A stretch of DNA of 64,000 nt from Octopus vulgaris (lineage: Eukaryota), in NCBI GenBank assembly GCA_951406725.2, contig OX597832.1, forward strand, positions 14,446,001-14,510,000. The letters run 5' to 3'. A program made the translations under genes and the position numbers. The notes beneath the pieces are model-generated. The model was given only the letters and a program-made list of their open reading frames with translations, did no database searches and had not been told where the DNA came from. Below, one piece after another: positions 13,130 through 25,181 of the stretch; the stretch's first letter is position 1; each line of letters begins with the position of its first letter.

Positions 13130-13850
13130 TCATCGATCACAACTGCTTAACATGTCATATCTATAGATGTCTCCTTCTTCCTTATCGCATACTTTGTTGT
13201 CAGCTGGGCATGCTATATCTTTGATCCAGCATAGTTTGCTTTCTTTCTCAATTAAGACGATGGCTTCCTATTTTTTATCTCATGGTAACAGGATCTTTGC
13301 ATTATCGTTTTTCGACGGTGCGTTCGGGTTTGTGATCGGACCAATTTCTCTCTGTGCCAAGTCCATACTTGTTGCAAAGTGTCCAATGAACAAGCCTTGC
13401 TATATTGTCGTGGCGTCTCTTATATTCCTTCTGCGCTTCTGACGTAAGTTGGCTGGTAATGTGCCATACGATTTCGCAATTTTGTCCACTTTCTGATGTG
13501 TTGTCTATTCTGTATTTTATGTAGTTTGTTCATAGTGCTTGCTCTTGGGCAGCACAGATTAGACCCTCAGTTTCCAGTTTTAAATCACTTCTAGTCATTC
13601 ATAGCGGTCTTTTTTCTGTCTCTCTTATTTTCAGCATCCCTATAAAATTGTCCATGCATTCTTTTCTTTACTCATCTAGTTTCTGATTCATTCGTTTTCA
13701 GTTGCTTGTACAATGCTTTACCTTTAGAATCTTTCATCCTCCACAAGCCTGACCTTCTTACGTCTAATAATAGCGTTCCTGTGGCATATTTTACATACCA
13801 TCCTATGTTGTTTTCTTATACAATCAAAGTGACATTGGGGTAAAAATGAG
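13130..13850 (-). mobile_element. Second decayed R4/Dong-like LINE fragment (linker, Zn-knuckle, RLE endonuclease)
   Basis: MHGQFYRD...DLKLETEGLICAAQEQAL*TNYIKYRID...EYKRRHDNIARLVHWTLC...DIACPADNKV. Confidence 0.9.
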
Positions 13851-14634
13851 CTCAGACATAAAGCCGCTGAGCTTTATTTTCCCGGAGTGTTGACGGTTGC
13901 TTTACAAACAGTTTAAACATTAACTAGCTACGCAACTACGGAAGCGGTAAAGTGAAACCGAACATTTGTGACACATCCAAGACTATTGACAAAGTATACA
14001 ATACACCCGTTAAGCTCAAAGTAGAATGGGTGTATTTGTACACTCGGTAACTGCTGTAAATTGTATAATAGTGTATATATTCCTTTATTTCTGTTTTCGT
14101 AATCACAAATATCAATAGAGTTTGGAGCAAAGAAAGTCAATCAATTTTGATCATGGTTTAAACTACAAAAACACTTCCAACAGCATTTATAGCACTGCTA
14201 AACACACAGATTAAATACTGTAAACAACAAAAAGGAGGCTTGTATTTAATTTACGTTATTTATCTAAGCGTGAAAATGAATTCTAACAGCAAGTGAACTA
14301 CATTTAGCCAGTTCTTCGTCATGGCTCTCGACTTCCATACATTGAAATTGGTACAAATCAATACCGGCTGCTACATGTGTCACATATTTTGACCTCATGA
14401 TGGTCACGCTAACAAGTTCGACTGACCGATATTAGCTCCATCAAAGAACAAATAACAAAACAGCAACACTATTTATTTTTCATTTTAATCCTCTCTTCTA
14501 TTCTCTTTATTCTTTATTTTCGTTCATTCACTGTGAATTCCAGCGAAACTATTTATAGATTAATGATACTCATCTTGCTATCTGTATCTCTGCATATCTG
14601 TTTCTAACTTTCTTTCTCTATCTTCTCTTTGATA

Positions 14635-15902
14635 TTGGGTTGACAACTAAATTCCCTCTGTTTTTTAAAATTTATATGTTTAAAAAGTCTTAATAAAACA
14701 TAACATCTAATTAATAAAAAATATATTGTGTTCTTGTTTACAACATTTTCCCAACGTTTAACAAGATTTTCAATACCTCGTTGGTAGAATTCTGTCGAGT
14801 CCAACCGAGCTCACAATTCTGCATCAGTTTTGAACGAAACTCCGCGCATGGTACTTGAAAAGATCGAAAGAGGTGGAAGTTCGGTTGCTGCCAAATCAGG
14901 AGAGTACGGCGAGTGTAGGAGCAGCACTTCCCAGCCATGCGTTTGAATCACTTCCTTGGTCATATAGTCGATATGAGGGCGGGTGTTGTCGCGCAGCAGA
15001 AAAACTCCATGCAGCCGATTAGGACTTTTCTCTTCAACAGCCGCGTTCAGTCGTTCCATCTATTAAACATAGAGTTCCGCGTTGACCGTTTGGTTCCGTT
15101 CAAGCAATTTGTAATGGATAATCCCTCCTCAGTCCCACAATAAGCCCAATATCGTCTTACGCGGATGAAGATCTTGTTTCACGCGCGGTGTCTCTCGTTT
15201 ACCGCGGCTAAGCCATTCCTTACGCTGCTTCATATTGATATATATGCACAATTCTTCGTCGCCAGTAATGATTCGGTAAAGAAATCGTTGCTTGTGTGCA
15301 TGAGGTGAGTAGTAACGAGCAAGCAACCCAGCGGAGATTTTGGCTCGTTGATTTTTGTTGTCCCTTAAATCATGCGGAAGACGTGCTCCATACATCTGAA
15401 CATTTCCCATCGAGTGAAGATGCTTCCCTATAGCAGTGTGAGAGCATTCAATTTTCTCTGCCAGTTCCCTTGTAGTCTGATGAGAATTTTCTTGCAAAAG
15501 TTGGTTTAATCGCTCTTCTTCGAACTCAGCTGGACGGCCAGAACGAGGTGCGTCTTTGCGGTCAAAATTTCCATTTTTCAAATTGGCATCCCAATTACGA
15601 GCGGTTCTTTCAACTATGGCACCCTCTCCATACACAACACAAATGTCGCTAGCAGATTTTGCGGCCTTATAACCTTGATTAAAAGCAAAAAGAAGGAAGT
15701 GTTGAAATTACTCGTTTTTCTTAACTTGACATTCCATTTCAATAATCTGAAAATAAGCAAAAATTAACTAAAATTTACTAGAAAAAAAAGATTCCAAAAT
15801 GATTCTAAAATAACCTTCTTGGTAAAAAATAGATTCCAAAATTTAAACGCACAATAAACTACCAATTGTAAAAATACGGCGGGAACTTAGTTGCCAACCC
15901 AA
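14635..15902 (-). mobile_element. Near full-length mariner (DD34D-type) transposon with disrupted transposase (~15737-14718)
   Basis: ~30-bp TIRs ttgggttgacaactaaattccc / gggaacttagttgccaacccaa, TA on left; motifs RSGRP, RLPHDL (WVPHEL), ITGDE, DNTRPH, HSPYSPDLA, FYQRGIENLVKRW. Confidence 0.95.
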
Positions 15903-16170
15903 CTTAATAGAAATATAAAATAATGATTGCAAACTGGAATAAAGAGAAAAAAACGCAAGATGTAGTTTCTCATTCTGTAAAAAAAAACTCAAAACTTCAG
16001 AAAGATAAAATTAAAGTATGAACGACAGCAACCAGCGTCCACATGTTAATGGAATGACATCATTAGTTTTTTAGTTACAATTTTATAACAGGTGAAAAGA
16101 ATAAGGAAAAAAAAACAGAAAGAAGAAGACGACAAAAAGAGAAAGAAAGAAAAGAGAGAAAGAAGAATAT

Positions 16171-16600
16171 TTAATCAAAGAGTTTTGTATAAATTTGATG
16201 ATATTCTCCTGTCATCTTGTTCATTCCTCCAGGACATGATGTTAATAACCAGCAAACATATTTCTCTTCATACATTTTGAGAAGTGAAAGTGAAGCAGAT
16301 TCAGAATATTATCTGAGAATATGCACTTTCAAGTCTTCTTCAAAATTGCAGCCGCTTGGAACGAAATGTTCAGCAATTTCTGTTGAACTACTGTTATTGT
16401 GCCTGACATCGAATTTGTGCCCATTAACCGTTTTGTTTAATTGTTTTGTCGTGCAACCAACATAAATTAAGTTGTGTTTCGTGCATTCTGCAGCGTACAG
16501 CAAATGGGAATCTTTACATGTTCCACCTTCTGTATGAATCATAACATTTCTGTTGTGATTTCTGATGGAATTCACTACACTCATGTTGAGTCTCAATGAA
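16171..16600 (-). mobile_element. Penelope-like element GIY-YIG endonuclease fragment
   Basis: TCKDSHLLYAAECTKHNLIYVGCTTKQLNKTVNGH...IAEHF...LKVHILR*...YEEKYVCWLLTSCPGGMN. Confidence 0.85.
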
Positions 16601-16623
16601 TAGGGCTTATCTCATTTGCGGCA

Positions 16624-16624
<1 letters not shown>

Positions 16625-16715
<91 letters not shown>
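16625..16715. repeat. (AAT)n microsatellite
   Basis: Seen directly. Confidence 0.95.
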
Positions 16716-16716
<1 letters not shown>

Positions 16717-17348
16717 CGGCTCATGTATTGAGAAGAGCATTATCGCTGTGAAAAAAAACATCCATCCATGAATTTATTTATTTATAAATTTTTAACGTCA
16801 TTTTCTACCTGTGAATTTACGCGTGTAATCTTGGAATGCATACAATGAGCTTCCTTGCCCGAGGTGTACGGAAAACATTCGGTGAGAAACGGAAGAAAAT
16901 TTGAAGAAAGAAAGAAAAAATATATATGATAATAATAATAAGTAACCTGATGCAGTACAAGAGAGTGACTCTCATGGCTTCTGATCTTAACTGCTTAACT
17001 GACTAGAAGTGTTATCATGTACATAGTTTTGTCTTGGCATAAAAGATGGGCCACAGCAAATATTCTGCTCAATCCCACAGATTTGCTTGTCAGTTGTTTG
17101 ACCTTAACCACTTGAACATGTCCCTTAGTGGCTGATGATATGTGCACCTCTGATCATAGCCGTGTGTTGAAAGTATTCTTAGAGGTTTGGATAATTCACT
17201 TTTGGAAACATGGGTGGTTCGTCAACATCCTTAAACAATCCTTTAAACAACTGCCAATATATATAAATTGCACAAGTACGAAACCAAACAACGGCAAAAC
17301 CTATAAAAAGGCAAGGAAAATTCATCGATATAATTATCAATAAATATG

Positions 17349-17647
<299 letters not shown>

Positions 17648-17685
17648 ATGTATGTATGGATGTATGTGTGTGTATGTATATAAAA

Positions 17686-17950
17686 ACGGAAACTGAAAGA
17701 AGCCCGTCGTATATATATATATATATATATGTGTGCGTGTGTGTTTGCGTGTCTTTGTCTGCCCCCTCCCCAACATCGCTTGACAACCGATGCTGATGGC
17801 TTTACGTCCCCGTTATCTAGCGGTTCGGTAAATGATACCGATAGAATAAGTACTAGGCTCACAAAGAATAAGTCCTGGTGGTCGATTTGCACGACTAAAG
17901 GCTGTGGTCGCAGTCAAATGACTGAAACAAGTAAAAGAATGAAAAGAGTA
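17686..17950 (+). mobile_element. 5'-truncated OK-like SINE
   Basis: cggaaactgaaagaagcccgtcg(TA)n(TG)n...gataccgatagaataagtactagg...gcagtcaaatgactgaaacaagtaaaag. Confidence 0.85.
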
Positions 17951-18116
17951 TGTTATTATCATTATTGTTAGTTTTCCAATTCGTAATCAAAACAGAACAG
18001 GGTGACTTGGCCGTTTCCAAGGCGAAGTTTAGCCCCCTCATTGCGTACCTGAAGTAGTAAACACATTTGACCTCTGCTGACCGCAATGGTGTGACGCGTC
18101 CTTTGCATCTTGATCG

Positions 18117-18117
<1 letters not shown>

Positions 18118-18191
<74 letters not shown>

Positions 18192-18208
18192 CACTACTAC
18201 TGCTGCTG

Positions 18209-18278
<70 letters not shown>
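18118..18278. repeat. (ACT)n/(GCT)n trinucleotide microsatellite
   Basis: Seen directly. Confidence 0.95.
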
Positions 18279-18299
18279 AGTTATTAATAATAGCTAAGA

Positions 18300-19640
18300 T
18301 AATAATGAGTTGCCTCGAGATAAACAGACATGCTACAGCGTTTACATCCTGCTGTCAGACATATAGAATCCCATTACCATCTATACCACCGCCGCCACAA
18401 ACGTCATCGCCATCCTGCTGAAAGTAGCTCGGTAACAGCATGATGTTTCTGTCTTTTGTCTCCTTTCCTCTGTATATCTCTCTGGCTGTCAACTCAGTAT
18501 CTGCTTCTTTCTGCAATGCTACATGGATTCTGTCGGCCTGCCATTTGCCACCTTCCGATTGTCGTGTCATGAAATGAACTATTTGAAAACTTTTCAAAAT
18601 CAAAATTCCCCACTCACCAGAAAATGATGATGCCTGGAACCTCTGAAGCTTACCCAAGGAACCAGCACACTGGTTAAATATGTGCGCCTATAGCACGGTC
18701 CTTGATGCCAAACATGGAAGCACCCCTTAGAACCCGTGTCGTTCGAAGAACGCTTTCATCAGTGATCTTAGATTCTGACACTGAGTTCGAAAAAAGTCTT
18801 TAAATCAGAACCGAATTCCTCAAGAACCTGTAGCAAATCAAACCAGGGATATTCCCTCCCAAAATTGACGCTCAGGATCAACTACTAAACCTTTGTCAAA
18901 GAAAGAAAAATACAAAACAGCAGTGGACTAAGGAGTAATATATCGAAGTTGTGCATGCTTATCATTATTCAACACTAAACCCAGAAACATCAACCACACA
19001 AAACAGGACCTTTGAATACTGAGCTGCTGAACAGCTCAGGACTCAAAGCAGAAACTGAAGGATTTTAAATGGCAGCACAATATCAAAGCATTCCCACCAG
19101 AAATTACCAAAACATGTAATGAAAAGAATTACATCAATAAATTTCACAATATGTGGAGATGGACAAGAAATAGATTATATTTTCTCTGGCTGCCCAATCC
19201 TGACTAAGAGGGAATATATTTATAGACACGACAGATATGAGATCTGCATACACTAGGAACTATGCCAATGTTATGGAATAAGAAAAGAAATTGAATGGTA
19301 TAGGCACACGCCAAAACTGGTCACAGAAAATTAGAAAGTAATCATACTCCAGGAAATGCAAATACATACAGATAGAGAAATTAGGGTTAGTAAACTGGAA
19401 ATATTAGTTAGAGATCACAAAGAAACAATTGCATTAATATTGATGTATCAGTACCAAACGATGACAGTGTTTCTCTAAAAGAAACGGAGAAACTTTCAAA
19501 ATATAAAGAACTGGAAATGGAGGTAACTCGAATGTGAAGTCTAAAACCTGAAATAATTCTTTTCATAGTATTCCTATCATAATATTCATACAGGACTAAC
19601 AAGATTATATTAAATATAGAAAATAACACTACTCGGTTAT
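18300..19640 (+). mobile_element. Internally deleted R4/Dong-like LINE (N-terminal motif joined to Zn-knuckle/RLE, no RT)
   Basis: QQWTKE*YIEVVHAYHYS (~18920) then within ~50 bp LNSSGLKAETEGF*MAAQYQSIPTRNY...CGDGQEIDYIFSGCPILTKREYIYRHD...IHTDREI...DVSVPNDDSVSLKETEKLSKYKELEMEV; 5' boundary uncertain. Confidence 0.8.
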
Positions 19641-20444
19641 AGAGCAATGCCTTTGTCTACTTGACTGCTAGTCATGTTAAAATCTTAACCGCATGAAATA
19701 AAAAAAATCTGCTACCTGCGTACAAAGCAATAACACTACGTATATTATTAAATAAAACAAGAAAACTACTAATGCAAAATTTAGACAGTATTTGCATATA
19801 CGCTTTATATATAACTAATGATAGAAAATTTTGGTCCAATACTTATATTCTAAAACCCATAATTTACATCTCGGTTGCCAAAATAGACGCACATATTTTT
19901 TTATAAAACCCTTCCTTTGAGAGCTACCATATATTTTACGTTCTTAGTGAAACTTTAGGTTAGAAATTCTTTCATTTTTGTATTGCATTCTGTTATGCAA
20001 ATGGTTCAAAATTAGTCTTGCATTTGCCGTATGCAAATGTTCAAACTGAATTATATTCTAAATAATTTAAAACTTTTAGAAGTAAACACCAGCACATTAC
20101 GTAAAGTATAAAGAGTGAATGAGCAAAAGGAAACAAATGGTTAATGTATTTTTCTGCAGACGAAAATACGCATTTCCAATGTAATATATTAATATTTTAT
20201 TGTTAATGTATTCATATGATGACTTTCAAGTTTTACTCTTCAATTGATATATCATTACATTGTTTTGTTATACATAATATAGCAGATGCGTTATAAATTA
20301 TATAGCGAAAGATATTCTGAAATTCTATGTTACCAATATGATTTATTTATTAGGAAAGTACAAGTCAAAATTAACATTTCCTCCACAAGTATTTTTACCC
20401 GCTTAATAACTTACAGTGCACGCTAAGTGGAAGTTCATAAACTG

Positions 20445-20670
20445 CATCACAAATATATTAAAAACATGTTACTCAGATTTCAAGTTCCCACTCATCAGAA
20501 AGTTTCGTTTAGAATCTAAACGAAACTGTCCGACGAAAAGGAAACATGAAACTCTGAGTAACAGTTTTTGTGATATTTTTGCTACATTTTAGTAAAGCAT
20601 ATTACTCTACCTCTGGTATTGGAGTACGCTTTTTTCAACTAGTTTCGACTTTATGTGCTTAATGGATACA
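20445..20670. mobile_element. Fold-back element with hammerhead-like motif in each arm; family shared with 58545-58763
   Basis: Central perfect 13-bp hairpin agtttcgtttaga-a-tctaaacgaaact (20501-20527); right arm ctgtCCGACGA...GAAActctgagTAacag; left arm (minus) CTGATGAgtgggaacttGAAAtctgagTAac. Confidence 0.7.
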
Positions 20671-20844
20671 CACACATTTATATATATATATATAAATGTT
20701 ACTAGGAACCAGTCCTCAACAACTGAATTAACGACAAGTCCTGAAGATCCTGCATCTGCGTAAATTGCGGCCTTAAGAATATTTTCCAACTACTACCGGT
20801 GTTGAATGACAAGACACTCAGAGATGGAAAGAAAGAGTGATTTT

Positions 20845-20875
20845 TTTACGTTTCGAGCAATGCTCTTCTTCGGAA
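20845..20875 (-). ncRNA. Minimal hammerhead-like motif (U4C variant) within short repeat 20700-20915
   Basis: tt-CCGAAGA-a-gagc(att)gctc-GAAA-cg-UA-aa; related motifs at 63926-63958 and 6611-6643. Confidence 0.5.
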
Positions 20876-20975
20876 TCAGGAGATAGAAAAGTTCAAAAGA
20901 AAAACAAAAGGTGAAAAGGTGTATATGCATGTGTGTGTGTGTGTGTGTGTGCATATATATTATTGATATTATTAC

Positions 20976-21073
<98 letters not shown>
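20976..21073. repeat. (ATT)n microsatellite
   Basis: Seen directly. Confidence 0.95.
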
Positions 21074-21074
<1 letters not shown>

Positions 21075-21102
21075 CATATATTATATTGACACGCGTGTAT
21101 GC

Positions 21103-21138
<36 letters not shown>

Positions 21139-21337
21139 ATATGAATATATTAATATGCACCGATCTACCAATATATCTATTTATCTATCAATTTTTTTAT
21201 CCTTATACATATATTTAAATGTCGCAATATATGTATTAATGCACGGCCTGCATTTTCTTAAGCTGGGAAATGTCAAACATATTCTCCAGGTGCAAACCAC
21301 ATTCCATAATGAACTAAATAAATTGTATAATAGAAGA

Positions 21338-22620
21338 AACGCGAAACAATTCGGAAGGCAGAATATAGAATACACAGGCGATAAACATTGGAAAACGAAA
21401 ACAGGAAAACGAAAAACAGCAACTATAATGTAAAGCAACTATAATGAATTGTAAAACGGTAAAGGTGCTTTCTTCCTTAGACCTTAAATGATAAGGCTGG
21501 CATGATATGAAATCAGTTAGGAATAGACGTAATTTTCCAATACTCAAAATATATTTATATATATGCATGTAACCACTGAACATTTCTGATCGGGAATTAA
21601 ATAGATAGAAATCTAAATCTGAACAAAACCTGTGCTCTTGCAGCCAAAGAAAGTCTACATTTATTCGATCCATTCACATAAGGTAACGACTTCTAAACTG
21701 CTTTCGATTTAATTACATTTGGTGGTTCATTATCTTTGAACGTCCATACGTAGCTAGCCAGCTTAGTAGCTTCCCTCTTGCCCCTATGTCGGAAGGGAGC
21801 TATGTGATTGGCGTAGCGGTTTTTAAATTCACCTTCACATAATCCAGTGCATGTCTTCTTATCAGTTGCATTATTATTTAGAGTTGCGGTATCTTTTGAC
21901 TCATATATCATAGATGTAGTCTTACATCGTTTGTCGAGTGAACAGGATACTTAATCGTGACAGTTGCAACTGGATTCAGGCTCACGTGTAAGGATAGTCT
22001 TCATATTGGGGCAGCAGCTATATGATGATTTCATAGAACGCCTATAAATCTTTTCCTGTATCTGTGAGTGGCTGGAAAGTTTTTGTCTTAGAGAGACAGG
22101 AATCTTTAACCAATGTTAGTTTTTATATTAGGGAAAATAAACTAACATTTTCTTACTATTTTTAGGTTTCTTATTATCCTGGTTAATACTAGAGTGGCTA
22201 TGTACTACTTTATCTTCGATGCCACTAAATCTATTATTAAAATTTTGATTGATTTTAGAGGGATTATATATTAATCTATCTATGAAGCCACGATTGGCTA
22301 CAGTCTTGTTATAATAGAGCTCAACTTTCACGAAAATGTCTTTGGACGATGAGACGTTACACACTCTGTCACTAAAATTAGCTATCAAATTATTAAACAT
22401 TACTGGATGGTGACAACCCTGTTAATGTATAAATGCGTGTTTCTCATTAGAGTTTCTCATATAATACGAAGATGAGCTTAAATCTATGGAAACATCTAAA
22501 TAATCAACTATAGAATAGTAGCTACTATAATTTTAAGTTCTAATTGATTAAAAATTAGAAATTAGCTGTTTTCTAAACCTACCAAGAGTGTGACCATCAC
22601 ACTCAAGGGAAATACTCAAC
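21338..22620 (-). mobile_element. Decayed Penelope-like element (RT C-terminus, Cys-rich linker, GIY-YIG, 3' pseudo-LTR)
   Basis: VDYLDVSIDL...GCHHP...RVCNVSSSKDIF; SYSCCPNMKTIL; CNCHD*VSCSLDKRC; IYES...TGLCEGEFKNRYANH..FRH....TKLASYVW; PYVNGSNKCRL; LFNSRSEMFSGYMH. Confidence 0.85.
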
Positions 22621-22624
22621 CATG

Positions 22625-23046
22625 GGGATGAATTTGGTCGATAGTTCTTCCTTAAAATGGAATGCTGTGATCCGGTGATTATCCAACGTCATAAGCGGCA
22701 TCCTAGATTCTTACATGACAGTCTTCCAAATCGGTTTCTTGTTTCGACTTGTGGCCGGCCTGTCTGAACGTGCTTCACTATCCGCTGAATTTCAGCGATG
22801 TATGAAACAGCTGAACCGCACCTTGATCTCATATTTTGACGCGGGCATCATCCCCAAATGCCTGCCGAATCTTCTAAATAGTTTGAAGTTGTGTGTCACC
22901 AAGCGTTTGAGAAATATTCATGCAATCACTGTGCTCGATGCGTTTGGGGAAAACAATATTCCAACGACCTCTCTATATAACAACCGGGAAATAACGCGGT
23001 TTGCGGGCTCGAAAAATAGTGGTATAGGTTTCGACTCCACCTTGTA
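22625..23046 (-). mobile_element. Mariner 5' fragment (TIR plus transposase N-terminus)
   Basis: RIEHSDCMNISQTLGDTQLQTI*KIRQAFGDDA...ADSEARSDRPATSRN; TIR-like tacaaggtggagtc at the right end. Confidence 0.7.
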
Positions 23047-23069
23047 TTTATTATGTGCATGTTCGTCTG

Positions 23070-23100
<31 letters not shown>

Positions 23101-23133
23101 TGATCAAAATAAAAACATGATGCGAAGGATTCA

Positions 23134-23211
23134 GCGGTACATATGTTTCGGGCCTTTATTAGACAGATTTATAACAATGCATAATGTATGTCTGTGGCCT
23201 TCTTCAGCCGC
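23134..23211 (-). ncRNA. Type-I hammerhead ribozyme (mirror copy of 24503-24580)
   Basis: Reverse complement of the 24503-24580 motif. Confidence 0.7.
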
Positions 23212-24502
23212 GCATTACAGCTTCCACAAGGACATGTGTTACATCAAAAATTCTTGGTTAGGGATGCAAATCCTCCCATTCGCGTACGACATAATGCGGC
23301 AGCAGCATAGAATTGAAGCGCCCATCTCTTTTTACTCTCAATGTAGGATGAGGAAAAATGGATGTTGAAGTAATGTAAATAAATAAATACATGTATATAC
23401 GTAAAGATGGAGGGGCGAGAATTCAGGACGAGGGATACATACATAGACGCGCGCATATATGTACATGCATATTTTGATATCTTATAGCTATACCCATATG
23501 TCTCTGTGTGTGTGTGTAGGTGTATGTGTGCACGCACATACGTACGCACAGCCGTGTGTGCGTGCACGCATAGACGTGATTCCTTACATGCGCTCTTATA
23601 TACATCCTTTAATATCTTATATCTAGACCTGGAAGCGTGGGCATATGCGTGTGTGTATGTAGGGATGGGCGCGCGCGTGTGTACATGTGAGTGTGTACAC
23701 GTATAGTGTCCGTGTATACATGCGGATATTCTGTTGTATGTATGTATGTGTACGCACGTGCGTGTGGGTGTATGTGTGTTTATATGCATGTTTACACGCG
23801 AGTGCGTGTGTATGCTTATAGGCTTGGAGGCGTATATGTACGCGTGTATATGGGTGTATGTATCCATGTTGGTATGTATGTACTAGAAGTCCAAATAATT
23901 CAAGGAACCAGATTAAACGCTCAACAGCTCTGATTTACAACTCATTAGGTCCCCAGACGAAACTGTTGATTTACTGACAATTCTACAACTAAATTTTATC
24001 AATCTCCTGACCACCATGCTTGGTCCTTAACCTCTATACATCCCTTATCTTTATATTTTTTTTATATTTTGTTACATTTTTATCATGTTTTTTTTTTACT
24101 TTTATTTTTATTTCTATTTCTATTTTTACTTTATAACCTTATGCCTTTACATTTATTTATATTTCTTTATATTTCTTTATATTCTTTATACCACCTTTAC
24201 ATCTCCTTATATCTCTTTATATCTTTATGCTCTACATTTTTATATTTTTCTATACTTACACTTTTTATACATTTTTTATCCCTCGTCCTGAATTCTCGCC
24301 CCTCCATCTTCACGTATATACATGTATTTATTTATTTACATTACTTCAACATCCATTTTTCCTCATCCTACATTGAGAGTAGAAAGAGATGGACGCTTCA
24401 ATTCTATGCTGCTGCCGCATTATGTCGTACGCGAATGGGAGGATTTGCATCCCTAACCAAGACTTTTTGATGTAACACATGTCCTTGTGGAAGCTGTTAT
24501 GC

Positions 24503-24580
24503 GCGGCTGAAGAAGGCCACAGACATACATTATGCATTGTTATAAATCTGTCTAATAAAGGCCCGAAACATATGTACCGC
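24503..24580 (+). ncRNA. Type-I hammerhead ribozyme with extended stem II and palindromic stem III
   Basis: gcgg-CUGAAGA-aggcc acaga...tctgt...ggccc-GAAA-catatg-UA-ccgc: 4-bp GC stem I, GGCC/GGCC stem II, ACAUAUGU palindrome, GUA triplet. Confidence 0.72.
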
Positions 24581-24755
24581 TGAATCATTCGCATCATGTT
24601 TTTATTTTGATCAATTTACTCCACCACCTACACCACCAAACGGTATACACAGGTGCTTATAATTATCAAGTACTCACACCGAATGTATATATATATATAC
24701 AGAGCTGAAATTTACAGAAAATCAAAAGAGGAAGACAGGTGTATAAACAACAAGC

Positions 24756-25015
24756 AGATTTCTATCAATTTAATTCCCGATCAGAAATGTTCAGTGGTTA
24801 CATGCATATATATAAATATATTTTGAGTATTGGAAAATTACGCCTATTCCTAACTGACTTCATATCATTCCAGCCTTATCATTTAAGGTCTAAGGAAAAA
24901 AGCACCTTTACCGTTTTACAATTCATTATAGTTGATGTTTTCGTTTTCCTGTTTTCGTTTTCCACTGTTTATCGCCTGTATATTCTATATGCTGCCTTCC
25001 GAACTGTTTCGCGTT
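24756..25015 (+). repeat. Inverted copy of the 3' pseudo-LTR of the 21338-22620 PLE
   Basis: Reverse complement of 21338-21614 with few differences. Confidence 0.9.
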
Positions 25016-25121
25016 GTTGCTCCGGAAGGTGAGACAGTCTTTTACTACGCACAAATACGCGCGCACACACAAACACAGACACACATACACACACACATAC
25101 ATACATATTTTATATATTATA

Positions 25122-25181
<60 letters not shown>

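Larger units (their letters stand above)
23099..24684 (+). mobile_element. Penelope-like remnant with ~339-bp inverted arms (23099-23437 / 24277-24615) each carrying a hammerhead
   Basis: Arms nearly identical (the overlapping ORF translations differ at 4 of 83 residues); spacer has a GIY-YIG-end-like relic QLNFINLLTTMLGP; 3' end abuts (TA)n and recurs at 44316-44380. Confidence 0.8.

Noticed and set aside
16940-17255. Complex sequence after (AAT)n that looks like an interspersed repeat
   Set aside because: No second copy or diagnostic motif in the window, so it cannot be classified.
22715-23368. 217-aa ORF
   Set aside because: A chance read-through across an antisense mariner fragment, (TA)n and an inverted-repeat arm.
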